A stretch of 64,000 nucleotides of DNA from Octopus vulgaris (GCA_951406725.2 OX597814.1:162626001-162690000), one strand, 5' to 3'; shown: positions 46,320 to 59,960, numbered from the stretch's first letter. Program-made: numbers and translations. The notes: generated from the letters alone by a model not told the origin.

Positions 46320-46663
46320 ACTTGATTCAGTCATTTGACTGCAGCCGTGCTGGAGCAATCCCTGTAGTCGAGCAAATCAACCCCAGAACTTATTCTCTGT
46401 AAGCCTAGTACTTATTCTATCGTTTTTTTTTAGCCGAACTACTGGGGACGTAAATACACCAACATCGGTTGTCAAGTGATGGTGGGGGGACAAACACAGA
46501 TACACCCATAAACATATATGCGACTGGTTTCTTTCAGTTTCTGTCTGCCAAATCCACTCACAATGCTTCGGTCGGCCCGAGGCTATAGTAGAAAACACTT
46601 GCCCAAGATGCCACGCAGTGGGACTGAACCCGGAATCATGTGGTTAGTAAGCAAGCTACTTAC
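46320..46663 (-). mobile_element. SINE family A
   Basis: Matches family A. Confidence 0.85.
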
Positions 46664-47218
46664 CAGAGAGAGAGAGGGGGAGAGGGAGAGAGAGAGGAGA
46701 GAGTGAGCCGCACAAAGAAATATAATTATAGATTAATGACTGACGTGGGGGAATATCCAGAGACCTCTGCTGCATAAATATTTAACAGTAGATAGGACGT
46801 TAACATACTCGATGAATAAAGCTAAACATACGCGTGCGCACATACACAGAAATTAATTAATTAAAATTCCACTATTATCGTTGACAACAATCATAATGCA
46901 AATATCTAATCACCGTCCATAACAAAGAAGAAAAAAAGAAAAAGAATGAAAAGAGAAAAAATAGGAAAAAAACCCACCTGAAATTCGAACTATAAGTGAA
47001 TATAAAACAGTGGTTGTCATGTGAGTTTTCGCAGTTTATTGACTGTGGACTCTGGACATGTTACAGCTTCACCAGGCCTTAGCTATTTATAGTTTCATTG
47101 TTCCCTCAAGATGTTAAGGTGACTATAAAAGTATAGAGGATTTCGCGTCATAGAATCATATCATTGTTCTCATTGCTGAAGGAATATACTTTATATATAT
47201 ATATATTATATATATATA

Positions 47219-48464
47219 CAGGATGTCCCGAAATTAAGGCAACCGAAGTTTCGGGCTTTAATAACCATCAATAAATGTGGTAAGATATGAAAATTATACA
47301 TTATCATAAAAGCTTAGTGTGTCTTCTTTTTGTTTCAGTCCAATTAAATTCAGATTTATAAATTAAATAGTGGCTATAGACCGAAATACTATCCCAACCC
47401 TCTACAAAGGAGGCGAAAGTAATACAGCTGTAGCAAAAAGCTTAAAATTAGCCGAACAACAGGCTGGAAAATTGTCAAGAAATTTCGAGAGACTAGTTCC
47501 ACCGCTGATCGACCTGGATGTGGCCGAAAAAGTGTACGGGCCTTTCAGTTTATCAAAAGTACCATAAAAAAGATACGGCGAAATCTTCGTCGTTCCGTCA
47601 GAAAACTGGCTGCAACAGCAAGAAATAAACCGAACATCGAATGCTGAAGGATAATCTCAGGACCCACCCCTAACAGATGATCCGCCGTCATGAGCTCATG
47701 CAAGTTTATAAGGCCATAAGACGAGAGAATGCGTCAGATTGCTGAAGGTACGTTGTCCAACCTGGTGTACACTGATGAAAAGAAATTTGACATTGAACAG
47801 ACAGTAAACCAACTTTGGAGTGTATCTGGCTCTGTCGAGGATAGACTCGTAAATCGGCGTCAGAATCCAGTCAGTTATGGTTTGGGTGACTGTGACAGCC
47901 ACTGGAAGGTCTCCTCTCATGTTTATGCCCTCAGGTGTTAAAATTAATACCCAGAGATACATTATGGAAGCTGAACTGTTTTAATGGGCAAATAGGCTCT
48001 TTCAAGGCACACATTGGATCCTCCAACAGGACTTGGCACTATCCCACTGTTCCAAACAGACACAACACAGGATTCAGAAAAATATTCCGTCGTTCATAGG
48101 CAAGGATGTATGACCCTCAAGAAGCTCTGATCTCAACCCGTTGGATTTTTCTGTTTGGTCTAATTTGGAGACGAGGGTCTCGATCACTCATCATGCTTCG
48201 CTCGACGCTTTGAAGGCAAAACTGCGCCAGGAATGGGCTTCAATTAAGCAAGAACAGCTGCGTGCATGCTGCGTATGACGCATTCGTACCTAGACTTAAG
48301 TCTGTGCTTCGAAACAGACGTAGTAATATCGAATAAATGTGGTAGTGTCATACTAGTGTTTCCTTTACCATTGCATTGCAATGCTCGGACCCGAAATATA
48401 ACAATATTTTGCTTTAGCAAAATTGAAAAAAGTTGATTGCCGTAGTAATCTTGGGAACACCCTG
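47219..48464 (+). mobile_element. Full-length but inactivated Tc1/mariner-superfamily transposon, maT (DD37D) type
   Basis: Imperfect TIRs CAGGATGTCCCGAAATTA / CAGGGTGTTCCCAAGATTA (rc), flanked by TA. Transposase motifs YTDEKKF, QQD, SSDLNPLDFSVW, with 37 codons between the second and third D (including an in-frame TGA). Confidence 0.9.
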
Positions 48465-48491
48465 TATGTATATATATATATATATATATAT

Positions 48492-48682
48492 AGTTAATCC
48501 AAACATGAAAACACAAAGATAAAACACAACAATGCGAGGACGGAACAAGTATAGTGTTATTGGACGCTCAGAAAAGGAAAGGAAGAAGGAGGATTTAACG
48601 TTTCGAGCGGAGCTCTTCGTCAGAAACATAGGAAAAGGAAAGATCCAAGGAAGGGAAGACGGAGGAAAAAAAATCGCCAACG
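48492..48682 (-). mobile_element. Solo Penelope-like terminal repeat in a (TA)n tract, carrying a hammerhead
   Basis: A ~190-bp segment bounded by TA runs on both sides that contains a minimal hammerhead. Confidence 0.55.
48593..48627 (-). ncRNA. Penelope-type minimal type I hammerhead
   Basis: Minus strand reads GTTT-CTGACGA-A-GAGC-TCC-GCTC-GAAA-CG-TT-AAAT. Canonical CUGANGA/GAAA core, palindromic ACGT stem III, stem I GTTT/AAAT. Confidence 0.7.
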
Positions 48683-48694
48683 ATATATATATAT

Positions 48695-48752
<58 letters not shown>

Positions 48753-49329
48753 GGGGGAGAGGCGGAGGAAGGAGAGAAAGGAAAAGAGAGAAATTTGTTA
48801 ATTTATCAACTAGAGACACCATATACTGAAAAACTCAAGAAAGATATCCTATGCCTAGGCATACACAAAAATGAAGCAAAAACATTGAGCGTTCACCTTC
48901 AAAAGCTATGCTCCAGCATAGTCTTAGGTGAAATGATAGAAAACAATCTAAATAACTGAACTATGATGTACTTGGCTAATGAGGAGAAGTTTGACGTATG
49001 AGGGCGTTAGGTAGGCAGTTGTGTTATATACGAAGCTGACATTGTACAGTGTTTCTAGTGGAGTTTAATTGAAAATGAGGTGGCTTTGTTGCTAAATCTA
49101 TAACGATCTTCTTGTCTGGTAACTAAATTAAGAAGGAAAGCGGAAGCAGTGATTAGAGGAGTGTGGAAGGAAGCAGGTATTATTTTATCGCAGATATGCC
49201 ACAGATACGTGAAAGAAAGACGTCAGCTGAGAGTGAAAAGATATTCTCAGAATTTCTTGTTTCTAATGGTTTGAATTAGAGTAAACATGGGTAAACTGAA
49301 TGGCAGTCCTAATGAAAAATTACCTTGAA

Positions 49330-50110
49330 TTTTTTTTTTTTTTTTAGTTATACGACCCACCTGATGGATGAGCCATGTCTCATGCAGTCCGCTTCTCGAA
49401 AAAGGTTGCCCACGGATGGTTCAGAAGAAGGACCTACACTCATGCCTTTAGTAGGCCAGTCACCTGAGACCAGTGAAATCGACGTTCATCTTGGATAGTT
49501 GCCATGAATACAGGAAAACCGTAGGTAGTGAAGGAATTGTTGTCCGATTGGCGTTCTGAAAAGAAACGATTGGGAGAAGCTGTTAGTGCAAGGACCTAAA
49601 AGAAGTAAGTACAATATGGCTGGTGAGACAAAAAGGCACGCGTAAACAGCGTGTACCCTGATGAAGATAATACGAGACCAGCTAGCTTCGAAGATCACGG
49701 GCCCAGTTGCAGTAGAAAAGGTAGAATGAAGAGACAGCAAGTCTGTGAACAAGAGTTTGAGATGTTGAAGACCGTTCAACTTCATGTCAATCGAATAGTA
49801 ACAGTAATGTCCAGTTGTGATAACATCATTTCATTGTTGGTCTCACTCGTTAATTAGAATTCGAAGTGGTTTTTGTATCTAAATCGATGACATCCTTCTT
49901 GACTGGGAATTGAATTTAGAAGGACAGTGGAGCATTGATCGGCGAACTGCAGAGAGAAACATAATGTTCCATTGATCATGGAAATGGTGAATACACGTGA
50001 AAGAAAAAGTTAATGTGTTCAGTGGAAAAAACAAATAATTTCCAATCAAGAGTAAAATTAAATGTTAGAGATGCTGCAGCTGTCCTTGGTTTCGTTTGCT
50101 GACGACTGAG
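49330..50110 (-). mobile_element. Old CR1-like LINE 3' remnant with poly(A) tail
   Basis: Poly(T) at 49330-49346 on + strand. The minus frame gives TNSFSQSFLFRT, resembling the CR1/L2 ORF2 C-terminal SFFPRT motif. Confidence 0.45.
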
Positions 50111-51865
50111 ACGCAGAAAGAACATAGATCATGAGGTGATAGCATCAATGTTGTTTCACACCACCAGACTGGTGTTACTTCGATAAGTGCCCAAAATCTT
50201 TGTGCGTCCTCAGCTCGAACAGTTTGTAGATATATATTTTTCTCTGCGTGCTTGTGTGTTAGTGTATCTATGCATATGTGGGTATTGATAAATAGGAAGA
50301 AAAGGAAAAGGGGTTACAGACACAATTATACATGCACGTATATGTACATACACAAATATGTTTTAGTTTTCCCCATATTTCAACAAAGCACTTTAGTTTA
50401 AGAAAGTGCTAGGGACTTTTGAAAAAATGAGTGAGTTAAGAGAGAGAGAGGAGAGGAGAGGAAAATTAGAGGACCTTTAGCATTCACGAGTGGGGAATAG
50501 AAACAAATGCGATCAAGTAATTTAACCAGACTAGCTAAATTTCTCTTATACCGACGCACCTATAAAATAATAGTGTTTTAAAAATTAGAAGTTGCTCCGC
50601 CCAACTGTTTTCTGTCAACTTCATGTTTGGCTTCGATGATATTGTTACTATCACTGTGATCCTGGAGGAATAAGTTTTGACAAGTTGTATATATTTTATA
50701 CGTTAAATTCTGGCATGAAATTGGTTGATAGGTTTTCGCCATATCAGTGCCTTTGTTTCTTGGGAATTAAGATTATTCTTACCATCAGCAACCAGTTTCT
50801 TACATTACATATCACCACTGAGATTTTGGCGGCAGTCGTCTATAAGGTAACCCTAGTAAGCGATGACAGTTTTTCTGTACAGTGCTTCGCTACTCTGGAG
50901 TTTTCCTGTCTCAATCTGAATAGTACCGCTATTGATATTATATGCTTTGGGTGCGATGCAGGGACAATGCTTTTTCAGATTTCTTGTCATATCGTATCCT
51001 TGTTAAACTTGCCCTCATTCCAGACTTCCTCCCGGAATGAATCTGTATATTCCTCAGACGTAGTCTGTGTCATTTATCGATAGCCTTCTCATATTCCTGT
51101 AAACTGTTGATTGGTTTCGACTGAATTTCTTATTAATTTTCTTTCAGCTACAGTTTCTCACCGACAGCTTTTAACTACTGCTTGAAGGTGATCAATTTAT
51201 ACGCAAGCGTACTCGTTTTACTGTCTTCAGACACCGCTTTTTCTTTTCTTATTCTTTTTTTGTTTGTTTTGTTTTTGTAAAGCACTTTTGTTGGTTGGGA
51301 CTGTAGTTATTTGTTTGTTCATAATAAATACCACCGCATAAATGATAGTTTCCTCCATCCTTTGAAAATCTCTGACAGCAGTTTTACTATTGCTTTGCAT
51401 TCGTTTACTATCTCCGAGGTACTGAAAAGAAACATTACTGCTATAAGTAGTCAATCAAGATTTCGTTAATCCCATGGAGATCTCGTTTTACCGTGTTGTA
51501 GCAATGACACAAGTCATTATTGTGTTTAGAACTCCAAGAAAAAAAATACATTTTAGTTTTGGTTTCTTCTAAAGCTGTACTATTTTAAGCTTTACTTTTT
51601 ACCGGTTCTAACACTTTTTTTTTTTATTTTGGTTGTTCTCCGATGATGTTGATGTCGTGTTCAGTCATGTTTGTAGCAAATTTCTGCATGGTAAATTCTG
51701 GTTTGAGACGACTATCACTAGACTGAAACGAAAGATTCTTCGTATGAATGTTATCAGAGGAATATGCAGTTATTTAACAAGTTACGACATTAACACTAGA
51801 AATGATATTCGTTGCAAATTCACTCAATAGTCTCTACGCATAGCATGCAACTGCTTATGCCGAAT

Positions 51866-51946
<81 letters not shown>

Positions 51947-52874
51947 GTAAAAAATACAAACTGGGACAAGAACACATCTGTACGTATGCTTGTTTGATAA
52001 TTTTTTTAGTAACTTAATGAAATTTTTCTGCAAAGAAAGAAATTGGTTGCTAGCTAAGACACAAAGATCCATGATTGAAATTTAGATAACAACAATAATT
52101 AGTTACAAGGGACGGTAGGGACTTTAGTATGAAACGGCTGGTGAGATTAATGTTAAATGATGAATTTTAGAAAACTGTTAATTTTTACGGCTCGGCGCTT
52201 AGAATGAAAGTGCAGATTGCATGTTAGCTGGTATCTTTCTTTCGTATTTTTGACAGTTTATTTCTTATTCACTTAATATCACAACTAAGTGGAGGATAAT
52301 TACGGGTATAAATGCAAATTTATAATCTGGGTACAGAAGCAATAGGTTTCAAAGTTCTTGACCACTACTTCGTAAAGGTTCCCTTATTCACTGATTTTTC
52401 AAAGCAGTGTTCATCTCTGCTGAACAACTGTCTTCTAGGCAACAGTGCGTAAAATTTATATTCTGTCCGAAACAACTATATTATGCACGCCGTCAGGATC
52501 CTGACAGGAATGTTCTCCCTCAAATTTCTCTCATCGGAACATAAGTAACTATATTCTGTATTTACTTCGGAGCAGTCTTTCCTTTCCTACGTATTGCATT
52601 GTATATCGTTTTAGAACAGCTGATGGCCACATATGCATTATCTTCCTCAATCATGGAATATAATTGACATTTTCAATCGCGCCTTGAGATTTAATGGTGC
52701 CACTGTTTCTGTTGTTCACCATGTATTTTGTAGAAACTTCCTGTTCTTGATTTGCATGAGTATAAACATTGAAACGTGACGCAATGTTACGGTCACAAAT
52801 ACACGAAAGGCTTCACTTCCCGTTGATTTTAGCATAGCTCTCGAGCTTATTAGAAAATAGCCATATATACATAA

Positions 52875-53185
52875 CCGTGGTTCAGTGTTTAGAACGTCGG
52901 GTTCACAATCATCAGCTTGTGAGTTCGATTCCCGGACCGGGCTGTGTGTTGTGTTCTTGAGCAAGACACTTTATTTCACGTTGCTCCAGTTCACTCAGCT
53001 GAAGAAATGAATTGCGGCGTCACTGGTGCCAAGCTGTATAAACCTTTGCCTTTCCCTTGGATAACATCAGTGGCCTGGAGAGGAGAAGCTGGTAAGCCTG
53101 GGTGACTGCAGGTCTTCCATAAACAACCTTGCTCGGACTATGTGCAATCTCATGGTCATTCATGACCGAAGTGAGTATTTACCTC
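52875..53185 (+). mobile_element. SINE family C
   Basis: Matches 43016-43349. Confidence 0.85.
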
Positions 53186-54134
53186 ACCTTTCTTTTTTTT
53201 ACATAACCGTTTGGTATATACAAAATATTACTTTTTTGGTTTTTGTTGAAGCAGGTTTGTACGGCCCCTTATGGTCGAATGTTACATCTTCAGGATCAGT
53301 CCCGTGAGATGTTGTTCCCTTTTCGTTTTAACAATTATTTTACGTATTTCTTTTAGTAGCTATCGTTTAGCACCTGCGAAACGACAGCAGCCAAAGGACA
53401 CTCGAAATCTTTTTTTTTTTCTTCTTTTATTGCTTTATCCAGGTTTTGTTTCTCATTGCTATGTGATTCATTAATATTTGAACACTGTTTCTTGAAATTT
53501 TTCCTGTCACCGAATTAGCAGATTCCCTGCTCCGGGCTTACAGGCATAAACAAAGAACTTCATTTCTTGTTGACCCAGATCACGCTTATTTCAGCCACGT
53601 CGCATGAAACATATGCTTAATCTATTTTACAACAGAAAAAAAAAAAAAAAATACAAAACATGTAGCTATATCGGAAACTGCTAAAATCAACAACTTAATG
53701 TCTATTCACGGAAAAGGGGAAAAAAAGTATCATTATTGCGTAAATCAAAATTTAACTTCTGTAATATAAAATGATAAAAATAAAGTAAACTAACGCTACT
53801 ACATCGTACGATAAATAACATTAAATTTGATAGCATAATTGTTCGTAGTAACATAATAAATGCGTTGAGAAAATTACTGCAACAAAACTAATTTCAATAT
53901 TCAAATCATGAAAACACAGTCTGCTCTGTCAGATCTCATTTTTTATGACATTTTAATTCACCGTTAAGTGCGAGGAGGAGGAGGGGAAATATTCACGACC
54001 ATTTCCTGACCGTCCAAGACTGGTGAGAAGAAAGGTTGAAATTATTGTCAGATTACAGGCAAGGTCCAAATATTTGCAATAGAGAGGACACTGTTAAAGA
54101 CATCCAAGGCTCTTTAGATAGAGATATCTTTTAT

Positions 54135-54298
54135 CGTTTTCATTAGGTTGCGGCCGCGTTCGGACAATGTCTTGAAGGGGTTTAGTCGACCCCAGGACTT
54201 AAGTTGTTTTTTTGTATTTTTGTAAGTCCAGTACTTATTCTATAAGCCACTTTTACTGAACCGCAAACTCACGAGGACGTAAACAAACCAGTCACACA

Positions 54299-54341
<43 letters not shown>

Positions 54342-54490
54342 ACACACACATGTAAGTATGTATACGATGTGCTTCCACACTGTTTCCGTGTACCCGGGGC
54401 TATAGTAGAAAATGCGCAGTAGGACTGAACCCGAAGCGACGCGGTTGCAAAAACCAGCTCTTTTTTTTTAAACTCCATAACCATGCCTAC
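54135..54490 (-). mobile_element. SINE family A, strongly diverged
   Basis: tttagtcgaccccaggactt...cagtacttattctat...ggctatagtagaa. Confidence 0.6.
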
Positions 54491-54989
54491 TCCGAATGCC
54501 ATACTTAAGTAAAAGTTTGCCAGATTTGTGTAACAAACCCACCTATCAACTGCATTAAACAAAACCGTTTCTATGGAAAGTTTTGCTTAAATCTTATACA
54601 GGAAAAATAAGTTGAACTGACTTCTACATTTTTACTTTATCAACGTGTACTCGAGTTAGCAGGGGAGTAGCCTCTATACGGTCATTCAACTTGCAAGACA
54701 CAACAAAATCACTCTTAGATGCGTTTTTTTTTCTTTAAAAGGAAAGTATACGGTTTTGATAACGTAATCTATCACATAAACGAGATGTCATGAACGAAAA
54801 CAATGGAACATATGCCTGCTCTTTCAGGACCGATCCAAACTCATTATGTTTATCCAAAATACAATGGATATACATAGTGGTTTGATTATTTGCCTCGGTG
54901 TGGATATCATACCAGCATATCCAAAACATCGAATATTAGGGCAGATCACTGCATTGGTCAACAGCCGTATGATTCAGTGGGACAGATCT

Positions 54990-55352
54990 CGGCGCCGATG
55001 TGGCTGTGTGTAAGAAGCTTTGCTTCCCAACCACATGGTTCTGGGTTCAGCCCCACTGTGTGACACTTTGGGTAAGTGTCTTCTGCTACAGTCTCTGGCC
55101 CACCAAAGCCTTGCGAGTGGATTTGGTAGATGAAAACTGAAAGAAGCCCGTCTTGTGTGTGTATATATACATACATATGTGTGTGTGCTTATGTCTGTAT
55201 TTGTTCCTCGCCATCACTTGACAACTGTTGTTTGTGTGTTTGTGCCAGGCTTAAAAAAGAGAACTGGGGTTAATTCGTTCGTTTAAAAGCATCTCCAAGG
55301 CGATGCACCAGCATGGCCGCAGTCTAATGACTGAAACAAGTAAAACATAGAA
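54990..55352 (+). mobile_element. SINE family A
   Basis: Matches family A. Confidence 0.8.
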
Positions 55353-55699
55353 GATTATGCTCTTTACTCAAGATGCACTTCTAATGTTCCGACAAAACTG
55401 ATACGTACTATATACTATTTTATGCTATTGCTGCTTAGGTCAAGGTCAGCTCTGATCGAACAGAGCCATGCTCAAAGTTTTCCAGCCACGACCTGTCGAT
55501 ATATTACGATACTCAGCGTCTCTAGGACGTCGTTATAATTAAATAGTAGAATGGATTTAACCTCTGTATACATAATATATACAATCTGAACTAAAAATAC
55601 AATTTAATACCGTAGGAATCGAATAAAAAAAAAGGACATATTTGAAGCTTATAGTTTCTGTAAGTACATATATTTAGCTAAAGGTTACTAAATGTATTA

Positions 55700-55880
55700 A
55701 GTATATTTCCAACTTGCTCTAAATGGAGTTTCTCAAGACTGGTATTTAGGCAGTGTGTTACACATCCCAGTGCCCCAATAATTATAAGTATAAACCTGAA
55801 CTTGTAACCTGGATAGAGTAACTGCAAATTTCTCAATAGTTCAGCGTAGGTATTTTCTCTTTCGTTGATCTTTAGCTTGT
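55700..55880 (-). mobile_element. Fragment of a restriction-like-endonuclease (R2/R4/NeSL-group) retrotransposon C-terminus
   Basis: KINERENTYAELLRNLQLLYPGYKFRFILIIIGALGCV resembles the K..KY..L ... P.VIGALG region at the end of RLE domains. Confidence 0.6.
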
Positions 55881-57254
55881 GAAGGAAAACATCTTGCTTT
55901 AACCACCGCCCTGTAAATCTCAAGAAGGTCTTGCAGACTTTTATAGTCCTTGAGATCTCATTTGTAGCGTGTGAATTAAGGATTGACATTATCTCCCCAC
56001 GATCCCGTGTTCATATGTATGTATGTATACGAGTTATATCAAATTACATATGAAACTCTCGCATATGTCAGAATATACCAATATTCTTAATAAATCTAAC
56101 TTCTTATCATGATGAGATGAATGATTTACGCCCTCAATCACAGGGAATGCACAGATATGCCACGGATTCGAATTTCAGGTTAAACTTACCAACCCGAAGT
56201 CAGTATTTAACTAAACAATACTGTCTCTTTGTGTACTCCAGACAAATTGTGGTCCTCTATTTGGCCATCTTCAGCAGAGCAGCAACGCTGCTTGGAACAC
56301 AGGTGATGTTTATTTTTTTTTTTGCTATTTCATATGTTTTTATCTGCAAATAGAATAGCATTTATGACAGGTTTACTTCTAGAATTTTTTTCGTTTCGTA
56401 ATTTTTGATATTTAAAAAAATATAATTTTTTTACGGCAAGGGAATCAAAATCAGTCAATGTATGGATAAGAGAATAGTGTGTGTGTGTGTACATAATATT
56501 TTAGACATCATATATGTAATATGCAAATAATATATATATATCATATTGTATATGATATGATATATATATATCATATTGTATATGATATGATATATATATA
56601 TATATATATACACGCATGTACCTGATGTGACACAAACTGCACAGATTGATGCAACACAGATACACAAATTCCTACCAATAACGGACAGTTTCAGGATGAG
56701 TCGAAACGATAGTCGTACTGAATAAAGACTAGTAGCAAATCTATCTTCCGCTTCCTTCAACAAATATTACTATATAATAATTTCAAATTCGGGTACAGGG
56801 CCAGCATTTATCTTCTCTAAGGGGAGGGCGAAGTCAATTACGTCGACTCCAGTTCTTGACTGGTACTTATTTTTCGAACCGGAAAGGATGAAAAGTAAAA
56901 TCGACCTCGGTGAGAATTTGAACTAAGAACGTATAGACAGACGAAATGCCATTCATGTATTATATTTACTGTGAATACATCGTGATACAAAATTTACTGT
57001 GGTATTCGTCCTTAGATACTATCTTCTATGGATATGGCACGTTTGAAAAACACAATATGCATGTACCGAAGGGAATCTCAGCTGCCGCGAGTGAAAACGC
57101 TAGATACATTTCTGTTTCTGAGAAGGTTATCTATAACGTGTACTCACAGCCTGACATGCTTAGACGAAATCCGTCGCACTAGATCATTCGCGAATTACTG
57201 CAGAATGCGAGGACTATGCTCTATCACAACAGTCTAATCTGAAAGTGGCATTGG

Positions 57255-57650
57255 ATGTGTGGTAAGTAGCTTATTTACCAACCACATGGTTCCGGGTTCA
57301 GTCCCACTGCGTGGCACCTTGGGCAAGTGTCTTCTACTCTAGCCTCGGGCCAACCAAAGCCTTGTGAGTGGATTTGATAGACGGAAACTGAAAGAAGCCC
57401 GTCGTATATATGTATATATATATGTATGCGTGTGTGCGTTTGTGTGTCTGTGTTTGTCCCCCTAGCATTTCTTGACAACCGATGCTGGTGTGTTTATGTC
57501 CCCGTTACTTAGCGGTTCGGCAAAAGTGACCGATAGAATAAGTACTGGGCTTACAAAAGAATAAGTCCCGGGGTCGAGTTGCTCGATTAAAGGCGGTGCT
57601 CTAGCATGGCCGCAGTCAAATGACTGAAACAAGTAAAAGAGTAAAAGAGA
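57255..57650 (+). mobile_element. SINE family A
   Basis: Matches 10059-10505. Confidence 0.9.
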
Positions 57651-57998
57651 GAGTCAGACCAATGGATTCAGGAACATTACTGTTACAGAAGCAGATATGA
57701 AAACATCCTTAATAATATAAATATACTCATTTAAAACAGACTTAGATTAACATACCGATGTGTATATCCTTTGTCATGTTAGTATCTATACATGCGTAGA
57801 ACGGCATTAAAGAGCTTTGGGATTTTAACACACAAGTCTCTTTCAGATGTTTTTTCTGAGATAAAATAGTACAGTTAGTGTCGTTCCACATTTGTACACA
57901 CATTATAAATGTTGTTCATACTAGTGTTTTATCCTTAATAAAAATATATGGAACTTAAGCATAGAAATACATTAACAGATACACACACGCGAATATAT

Positions 57999-58034
<36 letters not shown>

Positions 58035-58659
58035 CATTCCTGACGTATGCCACAATGTAAACAAGAAAACACAAACACTACCAATTAAGCGGAAACATGT
58101 TGGGAGTTATTTCCCGTACCTGCCGGAAATACGAAATAAATAAATAAATTTATTAGTTATCGACTAATATTGTTTTCATCGTAAAATCATCTACTTCAGT
58201 TTTTAGTGCTTTATGTAGTAAATAAAGCGATAGTCACTTTATTATTCATTTATAAGGCAAATATCGTGTCATAATTATTTAACTTCTAAACAATAGTATT
58301 TCTCTGTGCTAACACACACACACACACACGCAATGTTGAAATGTGCGTTATTCCTAACATTATTTTCTTTTGTGCATGTGCAACTCTCTTTGTGTGTGTA
58401 TGTGTGTGTGTGTGTCCGTGTGTGTGTGTGTGTGCATGCGTGTGTGTGTGCATGCGTGTGTGTGCGTGCCCGCGCTTGCATGCGTGTCTGTAATCACTAT
58501 ATTGTTGGGTGTAGTCGTGGGTTGCATCTCATGTTCCCTGGTTTTGCTATATAAAACGAGGGAAATGGTAGAATTAGTGAGTGCTACTTTAATATGTTGT
58601 ATAGAGTCAGATTTGTAGGTGGTTAGGAGATGGCTGGCGTGTTTGCGCAACATATCCCA

Positions 58660-59960
58660 CACTTGATGCATTCCAGAACTTTTGAGACTTTTTTTTATAA
58701 CTGTTATAGTTTATTGTAATTTCAGTATATCATTACTATACATCTAATAAGCTGACCTGATGAGTCCAGTAACAACACTTTGAACACATTCTCCTAAACA
58801 CTCCTTGTTACAAACTGACTAGCATGCAGAATGTAGTCAGAATGTTTGCAAGCTCGCTAAATAATAAACTGGGCAAAAATTACTACAGAAACTTATGAAG
58901 CGTTCAAGATAACTTTATGGATTAACTTTTCCACTGGTACGAGAGGTTTAAGGACGGTAGAGAGAAGGTGAGAGATGATGAGGGATTGCATTATCTCCCT
59001 ACGATCCCGTGTTCATATGTATGTATGTATGTAAGTATACGAGTTATATCAAATTAGTGAAGGCGCGTGGCTTAGTGGTTAGGGACATTCGGCTCATGAT
59101 CGTAAGGTCGTGTGTTCAATTCCCGGCGGCGCCATGTGAGCAAGACACTTTATTTCATGTTGCTCCAGTCCACTCAGCTGGCAAAAATGAGTAGTACCTG
59201 TATTTCAAAGGGCAAGACTTGTCACACACTGTGTCACGCTGAATCTCCCCGAGAACTACGTTAAGGGTACACGTGTTTGTGGAGTGTTCAGTCACTTGCA
59301 CATTAATTTTACGAGCAAGCTGTTCCGTTGATCGTATCAACTGGGAGCCTCGTCGTCGCAACCGACGGAGTGCTCCTATATCAAATTACATATGAAACCC
59401 TCGCATATGTCAGAATATATACCAATATTCTTAATAAATCTAACTTCCTATCATGATGAGACGAATGATTTACGAATGGTTGAGAAAATTGGCAGTTTTC
59501 TGGATGAAGACCGTCGTGTGACTATAAAAAACAATGAGCATACACTTTGGAGTTGCCAACTGTACACAGAATTATTCATAAAGATCTGAACATTTGTTCA
59601 GTGTTCAGGGATGATAATCCTTGTAAACAACTACTTCTCAGAGATGAGCATCAAAATAATCCCTCTCCCTCCCTACAGCCCAAAACTTGTTTCCTGTGAC
59701 TTTTGGTTGCTCTCCAAGCAGAAATAGAAACTCAGGCCAGTCGTTTTGAAGACATTGAGAAGGCGAAGGAGGCTGTGACAAGGATACCGGACACCTTCAC
59801 TTTGGTTGACATCCATGAGGCGTTCACGAAGTGACTGTAGCGCTACAAGTGCACTGAAGTCAGCGGAGCCTACTTTGAAGGAGATGAGAATTTTGTACTT
59901 CTTTGACGTTAACAAATATCTCTCCTGAAAATGCCTTTCCAGAATGTACCTTGAATCGTG
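58660..59960 (+). mobile_element. Degenerate mariner transposon remnant interrupted by later insertions
   Basis: KLGK...TETYE and WYERFKDGRE (~58865-58965), DEDRRVT (~59503-59523) and a C-terminal G.YFEGD (~59865-59885). Confidence 0.6.
59057..59376 (+). mobile_element. tRNA-derived SINE with 12-bp target-site duplication
   Basis: Head gtgaaggcgcgtggcttagtggttaggg. TSD tatatcaaatta at 59045-59056 and 59377-59388. Confidence 0.9.

Noticed and set aside
58757-58767. CTGATGAGTCC hammerhead-like word
   Set aside because: No closing stem II or GAAA downstream; it lies within a mariner remnant.
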